Origin: Bacillota bacterium
GTDB taxonomy: Bacteria; Bacillota; SHA-98; UBA4971
Direction of reading: 5' to 3'
NCBI GenBank assembly: GCA_012516125.1
Contig: JAAYXB010000075.1
Location: 5,829-69,828, forward strand
DNA: 64,000 bases
In this document: positions 28,907 through 39,128 of the stretch, piece by piece
Layout of the letters: every line of letters begins with the position of its first letter
How positions within the stretch are numbered: the stretch's first letter is position 1
Program-made: the position numbers and the translations under genes
The notes under the pieces: generated by a model
Seen by the model: only the letters and a program-made list of their open reading frames with translations
What the model was told of the DNA's origin: nothing
Database searches by the model: none

Positions 28907-30571
28907 CTATACCTCCATCACGATGGGCAGGACCATGGGCCGCCGGCGGATCTTCTGGTAGACGAACTCCGCGAGGGCTTCGCGGACCCTGTTCTTGGTC
29001 GTCCCCCACTCGGTTATTCCCTGGGCTGAGCAGCGGGAGATTACCTCGCGCACCTCGCTCTCGGCCTCCTTGAGGAGCGCTTCGGACTCCTTCACGTACA
29101 CGAAGCCTCTCGAGACTATGTCAGGCCCCGCTATGACCTCGGCCGTCTGCTTGTCCACCGTGACGACAACGACGAGTATGCCATCCTGGGCGAGCACCTT
29201 GCGGTCACGCAGCACCACGTTCCCGACGTCGCCGACCCCAAGCCCGTCCACCAGCACCTGCCCGGCATCGACCTTCGCGCCGAGGCGCGCGCCTTCCTTC
29301 GTGAACTCAAGGACGTCCCCGATGTCGAGGATGAAGATGTTCTCCGGCGGTATCCCCACCTGCTCAGCGAGGCGTGCGTGCTTTACGAGGTGGCGGTACT
29401 CGCCGTGGACGGGCACGAAGTACTTCGGGCGCGTGAGGTTCATCATGAGTTTGAGCTCTTCCTGGCTCGCATGGCCCGACGCGTGAACCCCCGAGAACCT
29501 CTCGTAGATGACGTCGGCCCCCTGCCTGAAGAGATGGTTTATGGTCCGGCCGATGAGCTTCTCGTTGCCGGGGATAGGAGACGCCGAGATGATCACCGTG
29601 TCGCCGGGACGGATCCCCACCTTCTTGTGGGTCGCCATCGCCATGCGCGTGAGAGCGGACATCGGCTCCCCTTGAGTGCCTGTCGTGATGATAGTCAGCC
29701 TGTCCGCGGGAACCCTGTCCACCTCATCCACGGAGACAAGCATCCCCGGAGGTATGACAAGGTACCCGAGGTTCGTGGCTATCTCCACGGTGTTTTCAAG
29801 GCTTCGGCCTATGACGGCGACCTTCCTCCCGAACTTCCACGAGGCGTCCACTATTTGCTGGACCCTGTGGATGTTCGACGCAAACGTCGCCACGAGGATC
29901 CTTCCCTCTGCCTTGCTGAAAACGTCCTCGAAGGCGCGCCCTACGTCGCGCTCAGACATGGTGTACCCGGGGCGCTCCGCGTTCGTCGAATCTGAAAGAA
30001 GAGCCAGGACGCCTCGCGAGCCGAGCTCCGCGAACTTCCGAAAGTCCGGCGCCTCCTCGCCGATGGGCGTCTGGTCGAACTTGAAGTCGGCCGTGTGGAC
30101 TAAAAGTCCGGCGGGCGTGGTGATGGCGAGCGCTACCACATCGGCGATGCTGTGGTTCACCCGGACGAACTCGACGGTGAACGGCCCCAGCGAGAGCGTC
30201 TCCCCAGCCTTCACGCACTGAGGAGGAAAAGCCGGCGAAACGCCGTGCTCCGCGAGCCGTCCCTCCACAAGGCCAAGCGTCAGCCTGGTTCCGTATATCC
30301 TGGGGCTCACCTGCTTGAGGACGTATGGCAGGGCGCCGATGTGGTCTTCGTGCCCGTGCGTGAGGATGATCCCCCGTATGCGGTCCTGGTTTGCCACGAG
30401 ATACGAGATATCGGGGATGACGAGGTCGATGCCGAGCATCTCCTCCTCCGGGAAGGCCACCCCCGCATCCACCACGAGTATGTCCCCGTTGTACTCGATA
30501 ACCGTCATGTTCTTGCCGATCTCGCCTACCCCGCCCAGGGGCACGATCGAAAGCCTGTCGTCTTTGGCCAC
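28907..30571 (-). CDS. rnj: Ribonuclease J
   Basis: Metallo-beta-lactamase HGHEDH motif, beta-CASP and C-terminal domains. Confidence 0.9.
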   Translation of the reverse strand: MAKDDRLSIVPLGGVGEIGKNMTVIEYNGDILVVDAGVAFPEEEMLGIDLVIPDISYLVANQDRIRGIILTHGHEDHIGALPYVLKQVSPRIYGTRLTLGLVEGRLAEHGVSPAFPPQCVKAGETLSLGPFTVEFVRVNHSIADVVALAITTPAGLLVHTADFKFDQTPIGEEAPDFRKFAELGSRGVLALLSDSTNAERPGYTMSERDVGRAFEDVFSKAEGRILVATFASNIHRVQQIVDASWKFGRKVAVIGRSLENTVEIATNLGYLVIPPGMLVSVDEVDRVPADRLTIITTGTQGEPMSALTRMAMATHKKVGIRPGDTVIISASPIPGNEKLIGRTINHLFRQGADVIYERFSGVHASGHASQEELKLMMNLTRPKYFVPVHGEYRHLVKHARLAEQVGIPPENIFILDIGDVLEFTKEGARLGAKVDAGQVLVDGLGVGDVGNVVLRDRKVLAQDGILVVVVTVDKQTAEVIAGPDIVSRGFVYVKESEALLKEAESEVREVISRCSAQGITEWGTTKNRVREALAEFVYQKIRRRPMVLPIVMEV

Positions 30572-30725
30572 GCCTCTTGTGTCACCATCTTTACGAACCC
30601 GCTCGGGGCCCCCGCACTCGAAGGCAGGGAGCCTCGAGCGGCGTAGTCATCCGGATGCAATTGTAACATAACGCCACGGGCGTCTCAAGGTCGGCCTACC
30701 GGCCCGCCCCGGCCCTCCGACCGGG

Positions 30726-31610
30726 TCATGCCACGAGCCCCAGGCCTGAAAGCGCCTGATGGACGATCGCCGCCTCCCTCTCACCGGCCTCCACGAGGGG
30801 CGGCCGCAGCCCTCCCACGTCGAACCCCGTGAGCCTGAGCGCGAGCTTCACAGGGATGGGGTTTGTCGTCACAAACAGCGCTTTAAAGAGCGGGAAAAGC
30901 TCAGCGTTGATCTCCGCAGCCTTCGCCACCTGGCCGGCGACATACGCCTCAACCATCTCTTTCAGCCGCCTGCCGACGACGTGCGAGGCCACGCTGATGA
31001 TGCCCTCGCCACCCACCGCCAGGATCGGAAGGGTCAAGCTGTCGTCGCCGCTGTAAATCTTGAACGACGGCGGCGTGCGCCGACGGATGTCCGTGACCTG
31101 GTCGAGACTGCCACTGGCCTCCTTTACGGCCACGATGTTCTCAACGCACGCAAGCTTCTCGACGGTCTCGGGTGTCATGTTTATGCCGGTCCTGCCAGGT
31201 ATGTTGTAGAGGATGACCGGCAGACTCGTGGCCGCCGCGATGGCCTTGAAGTGGGCAATGAGCCCGTCCTGCGGCGGCTTGTTGTAATACGGCACGACAG
31301 CCATGACCCCGTGGACTCCGACCTTCTCGGCCTCACGCGTAAGCTCTATACTGGGCTGCGTCGCATTCCCGCCCGTGCCAGCGATGACCGCAGCCTCTTT
31401 GCCAACAGCCTCCACGACCACCCTGAAGAGGTTCACTTTCTCCTCTTTCGTCAGCGTCGGCGACTCACCGGTCGTTCCTGCGACCACGAGGCCGTCGGAG
31501 CCCGAGTCAACCAGCTTCCTTGCAAGCTCCGCAGCCCTGTCGTAGTCCACCTTGAGATCGGGCGCAAATGGCGTGACCATCGCGGTGAGCACTCGTCCGA
31601 AGCTCCTCAT
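30726..31610 (-). CDS. dapA: 4-hydroxy-tetrahydrodipicolinate synthase
   Basis: Internal ATG ([15 protein letters not shown]...); GTTGE and catalytic-Lys region. The longer ORF-track N-terminus is Gly/Arg-rich junk. Confidence 0.85.
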   Translation of the reverse strand: MRSFGRVLTAMVTPFAPDLKVDYDRAAELARKLVDSGSDGLVVAGTTGESPTLTKEEKVNLFRVVVEAVGKEAAVIAGTGGNATQPSIELTREAEKVGVHGVMAVVPYYNKPPQDGLIAHFKAIAAATSLPVILYNIPGRTGINMTPETVEKLACVENIVAVKEASGSLDQVTDIRRRTPPSFKIYSGDDSLTLPILAVGGEGIISVASHVVGRRLKEMVEAYVAGQVAKAAEINAELFPLFKALFVTTNPIPVKLALRLTGFDVGGLRPPLVEAGEREAAIVHQALSGLGLVA

Positions 31611-31681
31611 ACAAGCATCCCTCCAGTACAACCGTTGTCCCCGCCGTTCCCGGCTCATCTTGCGGGTCTCGCGCTTGAGGC

Positions 31682-32965
31682 TCACGCCCCGAGGCCGAAC
31701 TTCGCGTGCAGCCCTCTCATGGCCTTCTGCATGTCTTCCTTCTTCACCAGGCACGATATGCTGGCGTGGGAGTCTGACGTCTGGTATATTGGCACTTTCG
31801 CCTCCGCCAGCGCCTCCACCACCCGGGCCATAACCCCCGGCACACCCCTCATGCCCGCTCCGACCACGGACACCTTGGCACACCCCCGCATCACCTTTAT
31901 CGTAAGCCCATCAAGGCCAAGCCCCTCCAGGACGGCAACGGCGGTCTCGACCACGTCCTCGCTCACCGTAAAGCAGATGAGCTCCGGAAATACGTTGATG
32001 AGGTCAACGCTTATGCCTGCGTCAGCGAGCGCCCGGAAGACGCCTTTCGCAATGCCCGACTCGTTGACGTCCCTCGACGAGTCAATGCGGATCTGCGCGA
32101 CGTTTGTGAGATGGGTTACGCCTGTGGCCACCTTATCGGACCGTATCACCGCTCCGTCAGGGGGCGTCCCGGTCCTTGTCACCAAAGTGCCAGGCTCGTC
32201 GGAGAACGTGTTCTTGATCCGTATCGGGATGCCGCCCTCCATTGCTATCTCCACAGCCCTTGGATGAACGACCTTCGCTCCGAGGTGCGCCATCTCAACT
32301 ACTTCCCTGTACGTCATAACCCGAAGGGACCTCGCATCAGGGACGATCCTGGGATCCGCGGTCATTATCCCTTCCACGTCGGTGTATATCTCGATGACCT
32401 CAGCTCCCAGCGCCACCGCGAGGGCCGCGGCGGTGGTGTCGCTGCCGCCCCTGCCGAGGGTGGTGACGTCGCCCGACCGCGTCACGCCCTGGAACCCTGC
32501 AACCACCACAACCCTGCCGTCTTGCAGGTGCTCCAGCACCCGCTCCGGGCGGACCTCCAGAATGCTGGTGTTGCCGAAGTTGTCATCGGTGATGATGCCC
32601 GCCTGGGCGCCCGTGAACCCCACAGCCGGGCACCCCATTGCCCGGAGCGTCTGAGCCATCACGACGGTCGAGATCACTTCGCCGCACGATAGAACGAGGT
32701 CCAGCTCGCGCCGGTCGACCTCGCTGTGCACTTTCCGGACGAGATCTATAAGCGTATCCGTGGCGTACGGCTCCCCCATCCTTCCCATGGCCGATACGAC
32801 CACGACAGGCGAATAGCCGCGTGACTTCGCCTCCAGCACCCTGGTCGCCGCACGAGCCCTCTGGGCGGGCGTCGCGACTGAGGTGCCGCCAAACTTCTGC
32901 ACCAGGATCCTCACGGCCTTCACCTCGCCCGAGTCCTCAAGTTCCGCCCCCGGCCGACGAGCCAT
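31682..32965 (-). CDS. lysC: Aspartate kinase
   Basis: VQKFGGTSV...; kinase domain followed by two ACT domains. Confidence 0.9.
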   Translation of the reverse strand: MARRPGAELEDSGEVKAVRILVQKFGGTSVATPAQRARAATRVLEAKSRGYSPVVVVSAMGRMGEPYATDTLIDLVRKVHSEVDRRELDLVLSCGEVISTVVMAQTLRAMGCPAVGFTGAQAGIITDDNFGNTSILEVRPERVLEHLQDGRVVVVAGFQGVTRSGDVTTLGRGGSDTTAAALAVALGAEVIEIYTDVEGIMTADPRIVPDARSLRVMTYREVVEMAHLGAKVVHPRAVEIAMEGGIPIRIKNTFSDEPGTLVTRTGTPPDGAVIRSDKVATGVTHLTNVAQIRIDSSRDVNESGIAKGVFRALADAGISVDLINVFPELICFTVSEDVVETAVAVLEGLGLDGLTIKVMRGCAKVSVVGAGMRGVPGVMARVVEALAEAKVPIYQTSDSHASISCLVKKEDMQKAMRGLHAKFGLGA

Positions 32966-33014
32966 ACGTCCTGGCTGCGCTCCATGCTACATTCCACGCT
33001 GCACTGTGCGGACT

Positions 33015-34046
33015 CTAGATGAGACCCTGCCGAAGAGCCTCTTCGGCTATCTCCACGGCGTTCAGCGCCGCGCCTTTTCGAAGCTGGTCACCGACAACCC
33101 AGAGGTTCAGGCCGCGCTCGATGGAGTTATCTTCGCGTATGCGCCCGACCTGCACCTCATTCCGCCCCGCCGCGAAGAGTGGCATTGGGTAGAGCATGTT
33201 CTCCGGGTCGTCCACGACGCTTACTCCAGGAGCCCGCGCCAGGATCTCGCGGGCCTCCTCCCGGGAAAGCTTTCTTTGCGTTTCGATGTTGAGCGACTCG
33301 GAATGGCATCTCTCCACTGGCACGCGCACGGTCGTCGCGGTCACGGCGATGCCCGGCCCCATTATCTTCTCAGTCTCGCGCACCATCTTCCACTCTTCTT
33401 TCGTATAGCCCATGTCCTGAAACACGTCTATCTGCGGGATCAGGTTGAACGCGATCTGGTAGTGCTTCGGGGCGGACGCAAAAGGCAGGGCCCCCGGGTT
33501 TACAGTCTCGCCCGCAAGATACGCCCGGGTCTCCTCAAAGAGCGCGCTCATCGCCCGCGCGCCCGCGCCTGAAACCGCCTGGTATGTGGACACTACGACT
33601 CGCTTCACCGTGGCCGCATCATGGATCGGCTTCAGGACGACAACCATTATGATCGTGGAGCAGTTTGGGTTCGCTATGATACCGGAGTGTTTTGCGATAT
33701 CGCCCGGGTTCACCTCCGGCACCACCAGAGGCACCTCCGGGTCCATGCGGAATGCGCTGGAATTGTCTATCACGAGGACGCCTGCCCGCGCCGCAGGAGG
33801 CGCGTATTCTCTCGACACTGAGGCCCCGGCGGAAAAGAATGCAAGGTCGTGCCCGGCGAGCCTCGCCTCCGAGAGCGCGTGCACCGGGAGGCTCTCGCCC
33901 CGGAAGCGCATGGTCTTCCCCTCCGACCTTGCCGAAGCGAACAGGGACAGGGTAGCGCAAGGAAACCCCCTTTCCTCAAGGACCCGCAGGAACTCCTGGC
34001 CGACCGCTCCCGTTGCCCCGACTATCGCCACTTTCAGTTTGCGCAC
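33015..34046 (-). CDS. asd: Aspartate-semialdehyde dehydrogenase
   Basis: MRKLKVAIVGATGAVGQEF... NAD-binding fold; catalytic Cys region NPNCSTI. Confidence 0.9.
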   Translation of the reverse strand: MRKLKVAIVGATGAVGQEFLRVLEERGFPCATLSLFASARSEGKTMRFRGESLPVHALSEARLAGHDLAFFSAGASVSREYAPPAARAGVLVIDNSSAFRMDPEVPLVVPEVNPGDIAKHSGIIANPNCSTIIMVVVLKPIHDAATVKRVVVSTYQAVSGAGARAMSALFEETRAYLAGETVNPGALPFASAPKHYQIAFNLIPQIDVFQDMGYTKEEWKMVRETEKIMGPGIAVTATTVRVPVERCHSESLNIETQRKLSREEAREILARAPGVSVVDDPENMLYPMPLFAAGRNEVQVGRIREDNSIERGLNLWVVGDQLRKGAALNAVEIAEEALRQGLI

Positions 34047-34159
34047 CGTTCTCCCCTCTCAACGCACTCCGGGCTGCTCGGCGCGCGCCGGTCGCCGCAT
34101 GGCTCCACCATGCATGCGGCGCTGTGCGTGCCGCTTGCCCCGGGAGTGCTGTATGAGCG

Positions 34160-34774
34160 TCATCTTAGGTTAGCATATCCCGCGCGCCTCTTCCTGTCAA
34201 CAAGCAGGGGCTGAATCTGCCTTCCCTCCAGGGCTCCTACGACTGTGTCCACCACGAGGCTCATGTCGCAAACGAGAGAGTTGGGTTTGCTTTCGGGCGC
34301 ATCCTGGCCGAAGGGGACCATGTACACGTTCCGGGTATTGAGCAGAATGCCGAGGTTCCTGGCATTTGCGCCGAGGGCGTCGTTTGTGGAGATCCCGAGG
34401 ATCACCGGCCGCCCGTTGCGCAGCGTTGACTTGGCGGCCATGAGCACGGGCCCGTCGGTGATGCCCAGCGCAAGCTTGGCGAGGGTGTTCCCCGTGCACG
34501 GGGCGATGACCAGGGCGTCGAGGACCTTCCCCGGCCCCAGGGGCTCAACCTCGTGGATGGTGCACGCCGGCTCCTTGCCCGTGATCTGCTCGAGCCGGCG
34601 CGCGATGTCAGCGGCCCTCCCGAACCGGGTGTTCTGCGTTGCGACCTTCTCCGACAGGATCGGATACACATCGGCTCCCTCGGCAACAAGCTTCTCGATC
34701 TCCGGCAGGACTTCAGGGATTGTACAGAAGGACCCGGTCAAAGCGACGCCAACCTTCTTGCCAGCAAGCCGCAT
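34160..34774 (-). CDS. dpaB: Dipicolinate synthase subunit B (flavoprotein-like)
   Basis: MRLAGKKVGVALTGSFCT... SpoVFB signature; sits between asd and dpaA as in Bacillus. Confidence 0.85.
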   Translation of the reverse strand: MRLAGKKVGVALTGSFCTIPEVLPEIEKLVAEGADVYPILSEKVATQNTRFGRAADIARRLEQITGKEPACTIHEVEPLGPGKVLDALVIAPCTGNTLAKLALGITDGPVLMAAKSTLRNGRPVILGISTNDALGANARNLGILLNTRNVYMVPFGQDAPESKPNSLVCDMSLVVDTVVGALEGRQIQPLLVDRKRRAGYANLR

Positions 34775-34811
34775 GGCTCACACCTCCAGCACGTGTTGCG
34801 CACGTTATGGG

Positions 34812-35708
34812 TCAGCGGAGACGGGCAAGTTCCCTGCGGATCATCTGAGGTAAAGCCTCGGCAAGGATCGCGCCGGCGGTTCTCGGCGCAACCTTTCCGG
34901 GCAGGCCCAGAGCATGGACGGTCTTTATGCCATAGCGGGCAGCAGCCTGGAAATCGGTGCCCCCGGGCTGGGACGCAAGGTCGATGATGAGCGACCCCGG
35001 CCTCATCCCCTTGAGCACTTCCTCGGTGAGCACGATGGCGGGCACCGTATTGAAGACCACATCGGCGTCGGACGTCGCCTGGGCCAGGGATGAGAGATGC
35101 ACCGTAGAAGCGCCTATCTCCTCGGCCCTCGCGAGCTGCGCGAGGTTTCTCGCGGCGACGGTGGTCCGCGCACCCAGGGCCAGCAGAACCCGCGCGAGCG
35201 TGATGCCGACCCGCCCGAACCCTACGACGACCGCGCGGCACGAATGGATCGTCACCGGTAGCTCCTCCATGGCGATCTGGACGGCGCCTTCTGCGGTGGG
35301 TATCGAGTTCCTTATGGCAACTTCGTCGTCCTCCGTCACCTCGACAAGGGTGACGCCGTGCCTGGCCGCGAACTCCTTGAGCCTGGGCCTGGCGGCTCCG
35401 ACGAAAAGCGGAGCCCTGGGTGCGATGACTTCGAGCACTTCCTCGCTCAGGGTGATGGTGACATCCGGGTCAAGCGTCCTCACCTTGCCGCCGACGTCAA
35501 GGCCCCCCATGCCCACCACCACAGCATCTACGCCGCGAAGGGCCTCGAACACGGACGTCTCTCTCTCCGCGCCGGCAAGCTCGGGGAGGTCAGGATATCC
35601 GACCACTTTCACCCTGGCCCCCTCGGCCAGGAACCTCTTTATCACCTCTATCTCTCGCCAGTCGCCCCCGAGTACCGCGATGACAAGCCCACCAAGGCCC
35701 CCCTTCAT
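34812..35708 (-). CDS. dpaA: Dipicolinate synthase subunit A
   Basis: SpoVFA-like Rossmann protein (VVGFGRVGITLARVL). Confidence 0.85.
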   Translation of the reverse strand: MKGGLGGLVIAVLGGDWREIEVIKRFLAEGARVKVVGYPDLPELAGAERETSVFEALRGVDAVVVGMGGLDVGGKVRTLDPDVTITLSEEVLEVIAPRAPLFVGAARPRLKEFAARHGVTLVEVTEDDEVAIRNSIPTAEGAVQIAMEELPVTIHSCRAVVVGFGRVGITLARVLLALGARTTVAARNLAQLARAEEIGASTVHLSSLAQATSDADVVFNTVPAIVLTEEVLKGMRPGSLIIDLASQPGGTDFQAAARYGIKTVHALGLPGKVAPRTAGAILAEALPQMIRRELARLR

Positions 35709-35816
35709 CCACGGTCCCTCCTCTGACCTCAAGTTGCTACGTGTAATATATGAACCTGCACGGGGACCGGTGCCTGTTCCGCCTGCCAGGGGACCGGAGC
35801 GCCTGCGGCGGTCTAC

Positions 35817-36629
35817 TTAGAGGTCCAGGAGATTCTCGAGGCCGAAGACCGCGTGATCCAGGCCCATGACTTCTCGGATGGCCAGCATGACGCCGGGCAT
35901 GAACGACTCCCTCGATATCGAATCATGGCGTATCGTGAGCACCTGGCCCGGTCCCCCGAAAAGGACCTCCTGGTGAGCGACCAGGCCCGGCAGCCTCACG
36001 CTGTGTATCCGCACGCCCCCGACGCTCTCGCCCCGGGCGAGGGGCTCCTCGCCCCCGGCCGCAGCCTCCGCCCGCGCCCGGTCCACCCTGGCCATGACCT
36101 GCGCAGTCTTGATGGCCGTACCGGAAGGCGCGTCCACCTTCCTGTCATGGTGTAGCTCGATTATCTCGGCGGCGTGGAAGTACCTCGAGGCCATCTCGGC
36201 AAACTTCATCATGAGTACCGCCCCTATGGCGAAGTTGGGGGCGACCACCGCGCCGATCCCGTTCTTGCGGCACAGCCGGTCGATCTCATCGATGTCCTGC
36301 GCGCTGAGACCGGTCGTGCCCACCACGCACCGGACGCCCATCCCCAGTGCCGTCCTGACGTTCCCCATGACGGCGGCCGGGTGCGTGAAGTCTACCATCA
36401 CGTCCGGGCACACCCGGGTGAGGGACGAGGCGAGATCGCGCGTCACCTCGAGAAAATCGTCCGTGCGCTCGGGGTCAATTGGCACCCTCCCCTCCCTAAC
36501 GTCGACCCCACCGACAAGCTCCATGTCAGGCTCCCTTGACACTGCAGCCACGACCTGCCTCCCCATCCGTCCCGCGGCACCAGCCACGACCACTCTTATC
36601 CGCGACGCTTTCTCCGTCTTCATCTCCAT
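35817..36629 (-). CDS. dapB: 4-hydroxy-tetrahydrodipicolinate reductase
   Basis: GGAGGAGGGG RBS then ATG; IRVVVAGAAGRMG NAD(P)-binding motif. Confidence 0.85.
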   Translation of the reverse strand: MEMKTEKASRIRVVVAGAAGRMGRQVVAAVSREPDMELVGGVDVREGRVPIDPERTDDFLEVTRDLASSLTRVCPDVMVDFTHPAAVMGNVRTALGMGVRCVVGTTGLSAQDIDEIDRLCRKNGIGAVVAPNFAIGAVLMMKFAEMASRYFHAAEIIELHHDRKVDAPSGTAIKTAQVMARVDRARAEAAAGGEEPLARGESVGGVRIHSVRLPGLVAHQEVLFGGPGQVLTIRHDSISRESFMPGVMLAIREVMGLDHAVFGLENLLDL

Positions 36630-36788
36630 GTCTTTCCCCTCCTCCATTCATGTCCTCATGTCCGTTCGCCCACGCCGGCCACAGCAAGCGAGAGGAAAAC
36701 GAAGAGCCGCCCGGTGCCCGGCCTTCCACGGCTGGACCCGCGACGGCGTCTTCCCAGCGGATGCCGAAGGCCACCCGGGCCTTTACCT

Positions 36789-37595
36789 CTAGTGGATCTC
36801 GATATCAGATGCCCCGAACCTCGCAAGCACGTTCTTCGCGTCGTCCACGGTGTTGTCGTCGGCCTTCACAACCGCGAGGATCTTGCCTTCCTTCACCTTG
36901 TTCTCGTAGTACCTTCCCCGCTCCTCGGGAATGCCGAGGTCAACGAGGCCTCCCACGATCCCGCCGGTCACAGCCCCGGTGAGACCTGCAGCTATGGGGC
37001 CCGCAGCGACGATCGGGCCGATCCCGGGGATGGCAAGCGCGCCAAGCCCGGCGAGAAGGCCCGTCGCGCCCCCTATGGCGCCGCCGGTGAGGGTCCCACC
37101 GGTAATGTCATTTCCCCCTCCCCGCATCGTGAGCCCGCCCTCGCCTCGGTCGCCTCCCTTCATGCGGTCCTCCTTCGCCACGATGGATACCTTGTCATCA
37201 CCGAAGCCCTTTCGCTTCAGCTCCTCGACCGCCCTTTCCGCCTGATCGCGTGAATCAAACGTGCCTATTACGCTTGCCATTTGCAAAGCCTCCTCCGAAA
37301 GACTGGATTTCGGCTTTAGTTTGACATAATGGCAAGCCTCGTATTCACCGTAGTCCACGGCGGCCGCGACCTGCTCGTTACACTGCTCACGGGAGTCCGA
37401 TGCATCATGGCCCTCGAGCTTCTCCTTGATGCGCAGGTACTGGGCGACAAGCCTGTCCAGGTTTTCGCTGATGCGGTATGTCTCCGCCCCGTCAAGCCTT
37501 CCGTCGTCCCGGGCTATGGCCGTGTGCAGCTCCGCGCGCAACTCCTCGATGGCACCCCGGAGCGACTGAAGCCTCTCGTCTATCCCGTCGACCAT
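36789..37595 (-). CDS. Spo0E-family aspartyl-phosphate phosphatase-like domain fused in frame to a YflT/GSP17M-like general stress protein domain
   Basis: GGAGGGAG RBS then ATG at 37595. N-terminal part IEELRAELHTAIARDDGRLDGAETYRISENLDRLVAQYLRIKE has the Spo0E SQELD-type motif. C-terminal part VIGTFDSRDQAERAVEELKRKGFGDDKVSIVAKED...Gly-rich...RYYENKVKEGKILAV is YflT-like. An internal GGAGGAGG-ATG (MASVIG...) occurs in the same frame. Confidence 0.6.
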   Translation of the reverse strand: MVDGIDERLQSLRGAIEELRAELHTAIARDDGRLDGAETYRISENLDRLVAQYLRIKEKLEGHDASDSREQCNEQVAAAVDYGEYEACHYVKLKPKSSLSEEALQMASVIGTFDSRDQAERAVEELKRKGFGDDKVSIVAKEDRMKGGDRGEGGLTMRGGGNDITGGTLTGGAIGGATGLLAGLGALAIPGIGPIVAAGPIAAGLTGAVTGGIVGGLVDLGIPEERGRYYENKVKEGKILAVVKADDNTVDDAKNVLARFGASDIEIH

Positions 37596-38808
37596 GGTAC
37601 TCCCTCCGAATGAACGACGATTTCGCCTTCCGCGGGCCAACCGCGGCCGCAACGGGCACCGCCCCGCCGAGCAGCTCCGCTGCCACCTCGCGCACGTCAT
37701 CTCCGGTCACGCCATCGATCCTTCTGAAAACCTCATCCGGTGTCTCCAGAGGTTCGTGGAAGAGCTCGAGCCGTCCGAGCCTGCTCATGCGGCTGTTGGT
37801 CGTCTCGAGATTCAACACGAGACTGCTTTTCAGCTGTTCCTTGCCCCTGATCAATTCCTCACCGCTAATCCCGCACGATGCCACCTCGTCAAGCTCCTCA
37901 CGAATGAGGTCCTCGACGACCTTGGCATGGTCCGGGCTTGTGGCCGCATAGAGTATGAAAGCTCCTGCGTCGTCGAACGACGCCACGTACGAGTACGTCG
38001 AGTACACGAGGCCCCGATCTTCCCTGAGCTTCTGAAACAGCCTGGAGCTCATGCCACCACCGATGGCGATGTCAAGGAGGTAAAGCGCAAATCTCTTTGG
38101 GTGCTTTCTGTTGTACGCTTCGACCCCGAGGCAAAGGTGCACTTGCTCGGTGTTCTTCGGTCGAAACACGCGCGCGCCCGGGATCCACGACGGCCGCACC
38201 TCAGCAGACTGGGCGGAGGACGGCAAGCTGAGGTGTCTCTCCACCGCCTCCACGACCCTTTCGTGGGTCACATGTCCGGCCGCCGCGACGACCACATTTT
38301 CGCACGTGTAGTGATCCCCCATGTACCTGAGGATGACATCCCTCGTGAGATTGCCGAGTGTCTCCTGCGTTCCGAGCACGGGCAGACCCACCGACCGGCT
38401 TCCCCAGGCCGCGCGAGCGATCTCGTCGTGGACCACGTCTTCCGGCGAGTCCTCGTACATCCCGATCTCCTCTGCCACCACGCCCCTCTCTTTCTCCACA
38501 TCCTCTGGAGCCAGGAGCGGGTGGCACACCAGGTCACACAGGATGTCCACCGCAAGGTCAACGTGCTCATCCAGCACCTTGGCGTAGAAACAGGTGTGGT
38601 CCTTGCCTGTGAAGGCATTCAACTGACCGCCGACGCCGTCCATCTCCTCGGCGATTTGCCTCGCCGTCCGCCGCGTCGTGCCCTTGAAGACCAAGTGCTC
38701 GATGAAGTGGGAGACGCCGTTCTCCGCTGGCGCTTCCCACCTCGAGCCCGCGTTCACCCAGATGCCGACGGAGCAGGATCTCACGTGAGGGATCTCCTCG
38801 GTGACCAC
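37492..38808 (-). CDS. M16 family zinc peptidase (YmxG/MlpA-like)
   Basis: HxxEH zinc motif (HFIEHLVFKG). The C-terminal ~45 aa are Arg-rich and overlap the next gene, so the true stop may be upstream (possible frameshift). Confidence 0.8.
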   Translation of the reverse strand: MVTEEIPHVRSCSVGIWVNAGSRWEAPAENGVSHFIEHLVFKGTTRRTARQIAEEMDGVGGQLNAFTGKDHTCFYAKVLDEHVDLAVDILCDLVCHPLLAPEDVEKERGVVAEEIGMYEDSPEDVVHDEIARAAWGSRSVGLPVLGTQETLGNLTRDVILRYMGDHYTCENVVVAAAGHVTHERVVEAVERHLSLPSSAQSAEVRPSWIPGARVFRPKNTEQVHLCLGVEAYNRKHPKRFALYLLDIAIGGGMSSRLFQKLREDRGLVYSTYSYVASFDDAGAFILYAATSPDHAKVVEDLIREELDEVASCGISGEELIRGKEQLKSSLVLNLETTNSRMSRLGRLELFHEPLETPDEVFRRIDGVTGDDVREVAAELLGGAVPVAAAVGPRKAKSSFIRREYHGRRDRREASVAPGCHRGVARGAAHGHSPGRRKA

Positions 38809-39128
38809 TCTTGCGCCACACGGAAGAACCGTCCGCTTGTAAGAGGCTGTGCCACGCCACTTTGACAGATCTCTCCACCCCTCGTCATCAAACGACAGAC
38901 ACTGATAGATTCGCCCACGTCAATATGATTCCTCTTTCATCCGGAGAGAATCTCACCGCGATCTTTCGCCTGGACGGACGGCGGTGGCTGCATGGCAGCT
39001 TATGCAGAAACAGGCTCCGCTAGAGGAAGTTACATAAAGGATCGTAGGCTTCGCAGTAGAACTGGACATTACACACCGTGTGCGTCCGCGTGCGGCCGGA
39101 CGCTTCCGCCAAGGAGGAGAAGCCCGAC

